Assembly: GCA_041602775.1 (NCBI GenBank)
Contig: JBFIFN010000002.1
Location: forward strand, 64,200-128,199
Length of the DNA: 64,000 nt
Reading direction: 5' to 3'
Origin: Woeseiaceae bacterium
Lineage (GTDB): Bacteria; Pseudomonadota; Gammaproteobacteria; Steroidobacterales; Woeseiaceae
Shown here: positions 57,015 through 64,000 of the stretch, piece by piece
Layout of the letters: the number at the start of each line of letters is the position of its first letter
How positions within the stretch are numbered: position 1 is the first letter of the stretch
Made by a program: the position numbers and the translations under genes
The notes under the pieces: generated by a model
Told to the model about the DNA's origin: nothing
Seen by the model: only the letters and a program-made list of their open reading frames with translations
Databases searched by the model: none

Positions 57015-57449
57015 TCAGGCGTTGATTTCCAGCGGAATTGGCTGCTGGGCCGTGTGCTTGTGCTCGGGACCGGCAAATACGCGCAGCTTGGACAGCATCT
57101 TGCGGCCCAGCGGACCCTTCGGCAGCATGCCCTTGACGGCGTACTCCAGGGCGCGTTCCGGGTGCGTCGCGAGCAGCTTCTCGAGCGGCATGGACTTCAG
57201 GTTGCCGATGTAGCCCGTGTGGTGGTGATACATCTTGTCCTTGAGCTTGTTACCCGTAACGCGAATCCTCTCGGCGTTGACGACAACGATGTAATCGCCC
57301 GTATCGACGTGCGGGGTGTATTCCGGCTTGTGCTTGCCACGCAGGCGGCTCGCGATCTCGGTCGACAGGCGACCCAGGGTCTTGTTCGTGGCGTCGACCA
57401 CGTACCAGTCGCGGCGAACCTCTGCCGGTTTCGCTGAAAACGTCTTCAT
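57015..57449 (-). CDS. rplM: 50S ribosomal protein L13
   Basis: Start at [20 protein letters not shown] (complement of 57447-57449), matching the E. coli L13 N-terminus. Confidence 0.97.
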   Translation of the reverse strand: MKTFSAKPAEVRRDWYVVDATNKTLGRLSTEIASRLRGKHKPEYTPHVDTGDYIVVVNAERIRVTGNKLKDKMYHHHTGYIGNLKSMPLEKLLATHPERALEYAVKGMLPKGPLGRKMLSKLRVFAGPEHKHTAQQPIPLEINA

Positions 57450-57584
57450 CATCTCAAGATTTCCAAAATCTGGTCTTCCGACCGGGCGCACAAAGGCGTC
57501 GCCCGGATCGGCGAAAGGCGCGAAATTCTACTGTAGGCCCCTCCCTAATGCAAACCGGAACGGGCCGATTCCCGGGCGCGGGGC

Positions 57585-58295
57585 CTAGAACTTGTACTCC
57601 AGCGACAGCGCCGTGTAAGTGTCTGTTTTTTCAGTCAGTGGCGGCACGTCCGTATTGTGCTTGACCGTGTACGAGGCCACCAGCGCGAAGCCACCGAGGA
57701 CCTTGGCCGACAATGCGGTCACCGACTCGACGTAGGTATTGGCATCACCGCTCTCGACCGAGACGTCCTGACGGAACTCGGCCGTTTCGCTCAGAATCCA
57801 CTTGTAGTCGAGACCGCCGCGGAATACCGTTTCTTCTTCCTCGTTGCCGAGCTGGTCTTCCGACTGCCGCGCACCCGCGCCGATTTCAGCATTCAGCTTG
57901 TGCCTGTCCGTGTCGATCAGCCGGCGGCCGTAACCAACGGTCTGCGAAAACTGGGTATCGAAGCCACCGAAGCGGTCCTTGCGCCAGTTCAGCCGACCGA
58001 ACAGGAAGTCTCGTTCCGTGAGGTTGCGCTCCGTTTTCCAGCTAAGGTCATAGGCCTCGGCCGTCGTGACCTCGTTCTCCATGGCGTTGATAGCCGCCGC
58101 GTGAACCTTGTGCTCCCACTTGCCCGTCTTGAAACTGACGTCGACGCCCGTGTTCAGCGTCGCGTTCTCGGTGTTGCCAGACGTCGCAAGGTATCCGAGC
58201 GTCGCCTTGCCGGACCAGGGGCTCTCGGCCTCCTGTGCCATGAGCGAAAATGGCGCGACCAGGGTCGCTGCCATGACCAGCATTCGCAGATTCAT
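57585..58295 (-). CDS. DUF481-family outer-membrane beta-barrel protein (YdiY-like)
   Basis: The internal ATG (complement of 58293-58295) has AAGGAG upstream. Signal peptide MNLRMLVMAATLVAPFSLMAQ. C-terminal ..ALSLEYKF beta-signal. Confidence 0.82.
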   Translation of the reverse strand: MNLRMLVMAATLVAPFSLMAQEAESPWSGKATLGYLATSGNTENATLNTGVDVSFKTGKWEHKVHAAAINAMENEVTTAEAYDLSWKTERNLTERDFLFGRLNWRKDRFGGFDTQFSQTVGYGRRLIDTDRHKLNAEIGAGARQSEDQLGNEEEETVFRGGLDYKWILSETAEFRQDVSVESGDANTYVESVTALSAKVLGGFALVASYTVKHNTDVPPLTEKTDTYTALSLEYKF

Positions 58296-58383
58296 GCGAA
58301 ATCTCCTTGTAAGTTGGGGGTTGCTGCCGCGAAAAGTCGCGGAGTATACCTGTTGAAGGCGGGGTTTCGCTATAATTCTGCGC

Positions 58384-59028
58384 ATGCAAGAACGCCAGCT
58401 AACGCCGCTGGACCGCCTGCTGGCCAGCGCCAACAATGCCCTGCGCACGGTGGCAGCGCCGGCCGGACGCAGTGCTCGGCCCAATCCGGCCGAACATATC
58501 ATCGACGCCGAACTCGACGCTCGCCAGAAGGCTCACGCTGCCGGCCTCATGCGCGTCAATCACGCCGGCGAGGTTTGCGCACAAGCGCTTTACCAGGGCC
58601 ACGCAGCCATCGCGCGAGACGACACGGTAAAGGCGCAGATCCGGCGCGCTGCCGACGAAGAGTTCGATCATCTCGCCTGGTGCGAGCAGCGTATCCACGA
58701 ACTTGGCGAAGACGTCAGCAAGCTCAGTCCCCTCTGGTACGCCGGCGCTTTCGCCATCGGCGCGGCCAGCGGCATCCTCGGTGACAAGTGGAGCCTGGGG
58801 TTTATCGCCGAAACCGAGAAACAGGTCTGTGCGCACCTCGACAGCCATCTCGAGGCCCTGCCAGCAGAGGACGCAAAAAGCCGCGCTATCGTGGAACAGA
58901 TGCGCGACGAGGAAGAAGAACACGGCGGGAACGCCATCGAGGCGGGGGCCGCCGAACTGCCGGCGCCCGTCAAACGCCTTATGCAAATGACCGCGAAAGT
59001 TTTGACAAAAACGGCCTATTGGGTCTGA
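58384..59028 (+). CDS. coq7: Demethoxyubiquinone hydroxylase Coq7 (di-iron)
   Basis: Four carboxylate/His motifs: NHAGEVCAQALY, ADEEFDHLAW, ETEKQVCAHL and RDEEEEHG. Confidence 0.9.
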   Translation: MQERQLTPLDRLLASANNALRTVAAPAGRSARPNPAEHIIDAELDARQKAHAAGLMRVNHAGEVCAQALYQGHAAIARDDTVKAQIRRAADEEFDHLAWCEQRIHELGEDVSKLSPLWYAGAFAIGAASGILGDKWSLGFIAETEKQVCAHLDSHLEALPAEDAKSRAIVEQMRDEEEEHGGNAIEAGAAELPAPVKRLMQMTAKVLTKTAYWV

Positions 59029-59121
59029 TTTGTAATAATTTTCCGCTAAAACACGGACTTAGCTTGCCCTTAAAGGCAATCTGTATTAATAAGGGAAGCG
59101 CAATCGGGCGAGGGTTAATCA

Positions 59122-59775
59122 ATGCAGACTACAGCCAAGAATCTGAGCGATGTACCGGCAATCAATCGTTTCCTGAGTTATTGCCGCGTACGGACGGTGC
59201 CGCAAAAGACTGTGATGATTCATGCCGGCGACCTGCCGGATGTTCTCTACTACATCGTCGACGGCTCGGTCGAGGTCATGATCGAAGACGAAGACGGTAA
59301 CGAGATGGTGCTCGCCTACCTGAACAAGGGGCAGTTCTTCGGAGAGATGGGGCTCTTCTACGAGCAGCCGACGCGCAGCGCCTGGGTGCGGACCCGGACC
59401 GAGTGCGAGATCGCCGAGATGACCTATCCGCGCTTTCGCCAGATTGCGTCCGAAAGCCCGGGCCTCGTTTTTGAACTGGCAACACAGCTGGCCACGCGAC
59501 TCGACCGCACCAACCGCAAGCTCGGCGACCTTGCGTTCGTCGACGTAACGGGGCGGGTCGCCCACGCCATCATGGATCTCTGCAACGAACCCGACGCCAT
59601 GACGCATCCGGACGGCATGCAGATCAAGGTCAGCCGGCAGGAGCTCAGTCGTCTCGTGGGCTGCTCACGTGAGATGGCGGGCCGGGTTCTCAAGGTTCTC
59701 GAGGAGCAGGGCCTCGTCTCGGCCAGCGGCAAGACGATCGTCGTATACGGGGCGCGCCCGAACCGCAAACTGTAG
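59122..59775 (+). CDS. crp: CRP/Vfr-type cyclic-nucleotide receptor transcription factor
   Basis: cNMP-binding motif FGEMGLF..RSAWVRTRTECEIAE retains the Glu and Arg-Ser cAMP contacts of CRP. C-terminal HTH VSRQELSRLVGCSREMAGRVLK. Confidence 0.88.
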   Translation: MQTTAKNLSDVPAINRFLSYCRVRTVPQKTVMIHAGDLPDVLYYIVDGSVEVMIEDEDGNEMVLAYLNKGQFFGEMGLFYEQPTRSAWVRTRTECEIAEMTYPRFRQIASESPGLVFELATQLATRLDRTNRKLGDLAFVDVTGRVAHAIMDLCNEPDAMTHPDGMQIKVSRQELSRLVGCSREMAGRVLKVLEEQGLVSASGKTIVVYGARPNRKL

Positions 59776-59812
59776 GAGGGCCAGCCCGATTCGCGGCTGA
59801 AGCCGCTCCTAC
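59772..59812. repeat. REP-like nested palindrome between convergent crp and rpe (probable terminator)
   Basis: GTAGGAG...GCGGCTGAAGCCGC..CTCCTAC. The reverse strand reads GTAGGAGCGGCTTCAGCCGCGAATCGGG, reminiscent of REP elements of pseudomonads/xanthomonads. Only one copy is present in this window. Confidence 0.4.
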
Positions 59813-59848
59813 GCCCGAATCGCCCCTGCGTCTATGGAAAGGTCGGCG

Positions 59849-60517
59849 TCAGCCGGCCTTTGCTATGTTCGCTTTCATCGCGGCGATCGTGGCCGCGTAG
59901 TCGTCGCTGCCGAAAATGGCCGAGCCGGCGACAAAGGTGTCGGCGCCCGCCGCGGCGATCTCTCCGATATTGTCCACCTTGACGCCACCGTCGATCTCGA
60001 GGCGAATGTCCAGGCCGCTCTCGTCGATGATCCTGCGCGCCTCGCGCAGCTTGTCGAGCGCCGAAGGGATGAACTTCTGGCCGCCGAAGCCCGGATTGAC
60101 CGACATCAGCAGCACCATGTCGACTTTATCCATGACGTAGGCCAGGCAGTCGAGCGGCGTCGCCGGGTTGAATACGAGTCCGGACTTGCAGCCCTGCTCG
60201 CGGACCAGCGCCAGCGAGCGATCGATATGGCGGGTCGCCTCGGGATGGAATGTGATGTAAGTGGCTCCGGCCTTCGCAAAGTCGGGAATGATGCGATCGA
60301 CCGGCTCGACCATCAGGTGCACGTCGATCGGCGCCTCGATCCCGTAGTTCCTGAGCGCATCGCAGATCAGGGGGCCGATCGTCAGGTTGGGGACGAAATG
60401 ATTGTCCATGACATCGAAGTGCACGATGTCGGCGCCGGCATCGAGCACGGCCTGCACATCGTCGCCCAGCCGGGCGAAGTCGGCGGACAGAATCGAAGGG
60501 GCAATTAGCGGATTCAC
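59849..60517 (-). CDS. rpe: Ribulose-phosphate 3-epimerase
   Basis: Motifs [20 protein letters not shown] and [12 protein letters not shown]. Confidence 0.96.
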   Translation of the reverse strand: MNPLIAPSILSADFARLGDDVQAVLDAGADIVHFDVMDNHFVPNLTIGPLICDALRNYGIEAPIDVHLMVEPVDRIIPDFAKAGATYITFHPEATRHIDRSLALVREQGCKSGLVFNPATPLDCLAYVMDKVDMVLLMSVNPGFGGQKFIPSALDKLREARRIIDESGLDIRLEIDGGVKVDNIGEIAAAGADTFVAGSAIFGSDDYAATIAAMKANIAKAG

Positions 60518-60550
60518 GGTCGTTCCTCTGTCTGGCTCTGCAAATTTACC

Positions 60551-61321
60551 TTACCTTATCGAACGCCGGGCTTTCAGCATTTCGTAGGCACTGCGCACCT
60601 CGCGCGTGCGCCGCTCGGCCTCCGCCACCACCGACGCTTCCGGGTTGCTGCCGGCAATCTTGTCCGGGTGGTTGCGGTTCATGAGTCGCCGGTAGGCCCG
60701 CTTGATCTCGTCGTTGCTGGCATCGGGATCCACGCCCAGGGTCACGTACGCTTTGCGGACGCGCGCCGCATCTGCGTCGCCGGCCGGCGAGCGCTGGAAA
60801 CCCTTTTGCGCCCGGATCATGGCCTCCAGCTGGGCTAGCTCCACGCGGCCAATGTCGAGCTCGGAACAGACGGTCCAGATCATGGCGCGCTCTTCCCTGC
60901 GCAACGAGGGCTTGGCCAGTACGACTTCGAGAAGCAGTCGCAGGAACATCGTTCGCTTCCCGGCGCTGCGCGCACTGACCCGGCGCAGCTCTCGCACGGT
61001 CTGCACGAGCGGATATCCCGGGCGCTTGCCCTCCTCGAACCAGCCGATGGCGCGACGAACTCCTGCCGGGCTCAGACCGAGTCGATGCATGATCAGTCGG
61101 GCCGCACGGATTTCATCCTCGCTGACGCGTCCGTCCGACTTGGCGAGATGCCCCATGCAGCCAAAAAGGGCGCGCACGTATTCGTCCGAAACCCGACCGA
61201 GCTTCTCGCCCTCGCGTTCGAACGACCGCACGCTGTGCCTGAATCCCCGGTAGAACTGGTAGCCCACCAGCAGCAAGACGATCAGGACAATGGCCTTTCC
61301 GAGGTACATATGGGACCGCAT
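60551..61321 (-). CDS. djlA: Co-chaperone DjlA (N-terminal TM, TerB-like middle, C-terminal J domain)
   Basis: J domain ..[18 protein letters not shown].. TM helix [12 protein letters not shown]. The start is ambiguous (ATG at complement 61321 or 61309). The 61468 start is unlikely. Confidence 0.85.
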   Translation of the reverse strand: MRSHMYLGKAIVLIVLLLVGYQFYRGFRHSVRSFEREGEKLGRVSDEYVRALFGCMGHLAKSDGRVSEDEIRAARLIMHRLGLSPAGVRRAIGWFEEGKRPGYPLVQTVRELRRVSARSAGKRTMFLRLLLEVVLAKPSLRREERAMIWTVCSELDIGRVELAQLEAMIRAQKGFQRSPAGDADAARVRKAYVTLGVDPDASNDEIKRAYRRLMNRNHPDKIAGSNPEASVVAEAERRTREVRSAYEMLKARRSIR

Positions 61322-61391
61322 CGTAGCGCGACTCGGTCCGCATTCCCATCGGGACCTTGCGGGCGCGCAGCTTTGCGGCGATGATCGCTGC

Positions 61392-62285
61392 ATGACATCC
61401 AGCGACGCCCTGTTCGAATCCTCAATTCCCGGATTGCCGCTGATCGGGCGCGGTAAGGTCCGCGACATCTACAGCATAGACGACGACCATCTGCTGCTTG
61501 TCACGACGGACCGCCTGTCCGCCTATGACGTGGTCATGCCCGACCCCGTTCCGGGCAAGGGCGAGGTCCTGACGCAGATCTCGCTGTTCTGGTTTCGCAT
61601 GATGGCGGATATCATCGACAACCAACTGACCGACCTGACCGTTGCGGACGTGGTCCAGGACCCGTCAATGCAGGCACAGCTGAAGACTCGCGCGCTCGTC
61701 GTCAAACGCCTCAAGCCGCTCCCCGTCGAAGCCGTCGTGCGCGGCTACCTCATCGGTTCGGGATGGAACGATTACCAGGCCACGGGGCAGGTGTGCGGCA
61801 TCCCCTTGCCCGAAGGCCTGCAGCAGGCAGACAAACTGCCGCAAACCCTGTTCACGCCTGCTTACAAGGCCGAGGCGGGGGAACACGACGAGAACATCAG
61901 TTTCGACAAGGTCATCGAACTGGTCGGCGAAAAACTCGCCGGGCGCGTTCGCGACCTCTCGATTCGGATCTACGAGCGCGCAGCAGCCTATGCCCTCGAG
62001 CGCGGCATCATCATTGCAGATACCAAGTTCGAGTTCGGCACCGACGAGCAGGGCAAACTCTACATCATTGACGAAATGCTGACGCCCGACTCGTCACGTT
62101 TCTGGCCCGTCGACGGCTACGCGGTCGGCGCTAGCCCGGCGAGTTTCGACAAACAGTTCGTGCGCGACTACCTCGAAACGCTCGACTGGGACAAGACTGC
62201 GCCGGGCCCGGACCTGCCGCCAGCGATCATCGAAAATACCGCTGCAAAATACAGGGAAGCCTACAAACGCCTGACCGCCGCCTGA
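61392..62285 (+). CDS. purC: Phosphoribosylaminoimidazole-succinocarboxamide synthase (long form)
   Basis: ATG at 61392. Motifs [16 protein letters not shown] and ADTKFEFG. Confidence 0.93.
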   Translation: MTSSDALFESSIPGLPLIGRGKVRDIYSIDDDHLLLVTTDRLSAYDVVMPDPVPGKGEVLTQISLFWFRMMADIIDNQLTDLTVADVVQDPSMQAQLKTRALVVKRLKPLPVEAVVRGYLIGSGWNDYQATGQVCGIPLPEGLQQADKLPQTLFTPAYKAEAGEHDENISFDKVIELVGEKLAGRVRDLSIRIYERAAAYALERGIIIADTKFEFGTDEQGKLYIIDEMLTPDSSRFWPVDGYAVGASPASFDKQFVRDYLETLDWDKTAPGPDLPPAIIENTAAKYREAYKRLTAA

Positions 62286-62352
62286 GCCGCCAGGCCGTGG
62301 GCAAGCGGCCTGCATCACACTCAAGTCGCCCGCGTGGCGGTACAATACGCGC

Positions 62353-63666
62353 ATGATCGCCAGCCTCAACAAGAAGCTCAACATGTACGTCTGGGGCGAC
62401 GGACTGACGCGTTTCGGCGCGCCAGGCCGCTTTGTTGCCGGTATCTTGAGGAACCTCTGGGCCGTGCTTCGCGACATCATGTCCGGCCAGCTCACGCTGC
62501 GCGCAATGAGCCTGGTCTATACGACGCTGCTGTCGGTCGTGCCGCTGATGGCCGTCAGCTTTTCGGTGCTCAAGGGCTTTGGCGTTCACAAGGAACTCGA
62601 GAAGTACCTCTACGGCGTGCTCGAGCCGCTCGGCCAGAAAGGGATCGAGATCACCGACCAGGTGATGAACCTGGTCAATAACGTCAACGGCAGCGTGCTC
62701 GGCGGCATCGGCCTCGCTTTCTTCGTCTACACAGCGATTTCCATGGTTCAGAAGATCGAGGAGTCCTTCAACTACGTCTGGTACGTCAACAAGCCGCGCA
62801 GCTTCGCGACGCGAGTCGTCGAGTACAGCACCGTGCTGATCGTCGGCACACTCGCCGTCGGCATCGCCGTCCGCACGATCGCGTCCTTCGGCAAGGAAGA
62901 CCTCGTCGTCTCGATGCAGGAAAGCTCGGTACTGGCGCCTGTCTTCGACTTCGTCGGCACATTGACGCCCTACGCGGCGATCATCGCCATCTTCTCGTTC
63001 CTGTACAAGTTCATGCCGAACACCAACGTCAACCTCCGCTCGGCCCTGGTCGGAGGCGCCGCCGGTGGCTTCCTGTGGGTGTCGACCAGCAAGATCTTCG
63101 GCCTGTTCCTGTCAATGTCGACCAATCGCCAGGCGATTTACGCAAGCTTCGCGATCGCCATCACGACGCTCCTCTGGCTCTACCTGAACTGGCTCATACT
63201 CCTGATCGGGTCACAGATCGCCTTCTATTTCCAGAACCCGGCATATCTCAGGATCGGGCGGCGTGAACCGCGCCTCTCGAACGAAATGCGCGAGCGACTG
63301 GCGCTGAATATCATGTACCTCGTGGCCAAGGAGTTTCGTAATCCAGTGCTCGGCATCGACTTGCGCAGCATCGGCCGCTCGCTGCGCATTCCCACGCTGA
63401 CACTCGAACCGATCGTGCTCGGTCTCGAAAACGGCGGCTTGCTGACGAGCAACGAGAAAGACCAGCTGCTGCCCGGCAGGGAAATAGCGCGTATCCGGCT
63501 GTCGGACATCCTGGCCGTCGTCAGGCACGAGGGAGAAACGGGGTCGCACAACCCGCCGAAATGGAGCGACGCCATCAGCACCATCGGCGAAGCCATCGAC
63601 GCGTCGGTCGGCGGCACGCTGGGTGACAAGACCCTCGCGGAGCTGCTCGACGACGACGAGGCCTGA
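62353..63666 (+). CDS. yihY: YihY/BrkB-family inner-membrane protein with ~130-aa C-terminal soluble extension
   Basis: Motif LRAMSLVYTTLLSVVPLMAVSFSVLKGFG, six hydrophobic helices, then a non-membrane tail. Confidence 0.82.
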   Translation: MIASLNKKLNMYVWGDGLTRFGAPGRFVAGILRNLWAVLRDIMSGQLTLRAMSLVYTTLLSVVPLMAVSFSVLKGFGVHKELEKYLYGVLEPLGQKGIEITDQVMNLVNNVNGSVLGGIGLAFFVYTAISMVQKIEESFNYVWYVNKPRSFATRVVEYSTVLIVGTLAVGIAVRTIASFGKEDLVVSMQESSVLAPVFDFVGTLTPYAAIIAIFSFLYKFMPNTNVNLRSALVGGAAGGFLWVSTSKIFGLFLSMSTNRQAIYASFAIAITTLLWLYLNWLILLIGSQIAFYFQNPAYLRIGRREPRLSNEMRERLALNIMYLVAKEFRNPVLGIDLRSIGRSLRIPTLTLEPIVLGLENGGLLTSNEKDQLLPGREIARIRLSDILAVVRHEGETGSHNPPKWSDAISTIGEAIDASVGGTLGDKTLAELLDDDEA

Positions 63667-63673
63667 CGGGCAA

Positions 63674-64000
63674 TCAGGCGCCGGCGATCGTCATTTCTTC
63701 AACGAGAATCGACCCGCAGCGAATGCCGCTGCGCAGGTCCTGGTCGTCACCGATCGCGGCGATGCGCATGTACAGGTCTCTCAGGTTGCCCGCGATGGTC
63801 ACCTCGTGCACAGGGTAGGCGATTTCCCCGTTCTCGACCCAGTGTCCGACCGCGCCGCGCGAATAATCACCGGTTACTCCATTGACACCCTGCCCGATGA
63901 GTTCTTCGACGACCAGGCCCGTACCCATCTCGCGAATCAAGGCGTCCTTGTCTTTCGCGTTACCCGGCACCACCAGGTTCTGCGCGCCGCCGGCGTTCGC
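63674..64000 (-). CDS. pmbA: PmbA/TldD-family protein, C-terminal part (5' end beyond window)
   Basis: Frame open to the window edge. C-terminus ..GVTGDYSRGAVGHWVENGEIAYPVHEVTIAGNLRDLY.. is typical of PmbA. Confidence 0.85.
   Translation of the reverse strand, partial: ANAGGAQNLVVPGNAKDKDALIREMGTGLVVEELIGQGVNGVTGDYSRGAVGHWVENGEIAYPVHEVTIAGNLRDLYMRIAAIGDDQDLRSGIRCGSILVEEMTIAGA

Overview
High-GC gammaproteobacterial chromosome segment. Hand counts of sample 60-nt lines give about 60-68% GC in the core. It is densely packed, with many 1-4 nt start/stop overlaps, and is mostly core genome. Left to right: a cell-wall elongation/recycling block (mreD-mrdA-rodA-mltB-rlpA-dacA-ybeD-lipB, with convergent amgK-murU). 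Then the lptD-surA-pdxA-rsmA-apaG-apaH operon, with three kynurenine-pathway genes (3-hydroxyanthranilate dioxygenase, kynureninase, KMO) coupled onto its 3' end. Then lgt-thyA-folA, a DUF255 thioredoxin-fold protein, and an Nma111-like double-HtrA/multi-PDZ protease overlapping an M23 peptidase. Next is a tandem-glycine-riboswitch-controlled gcvT-gcvH-gcvPA-(Cys-less Tpx homologue)-gcvPB operon and a DUF885 protein. A 10-kb co-directional chain follows: ygfB-pepP-ubiH-ubiI-7TM pseudo-transglutaminase-RimK-like ATP-grasp-1088-aa BNR/sortilin-like protein. Then zapA-6S RNA-ygfA, a 176-aa Lys-rich histone-H1-like repeat protein followed by four tandem terminator hairpins, rpiA and an amidohydrolase. 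A roughly 7-kb lower-GC stretch (sample lines 38-55% GC) abuts the 3' end of tRNA-Gln(CUG). It carries a CTD-less CDF transporter, a STAS-like ORF bracketed by 58-nt direct repeats, and a symporter-fused histidine kinase + micro-ORF + orphan receiver + CBS/DUF294 nucleotidyltransferase module. The window ends with rpsI-rplM, a DUF481 OMP, coq7, crp/vfr, rpe, djlA, purC, yihY and a partial pmbA. I saw no CRISPR, rRNA, transposase or integrase. The best candidates for under-described biology are four. (1) The SLC5-kinase/receiver/DUF294 module in the island. (2) The 7TM-transglutaminase/ATP-grasp/BNR trio. (3) The catalytically dead Tpx embedded in the glycine-cleavage operon. (4) The Nma111-like protease/M23 pair. 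All functional calls come from by-eye motif recognition and synteny. No database search was possible.
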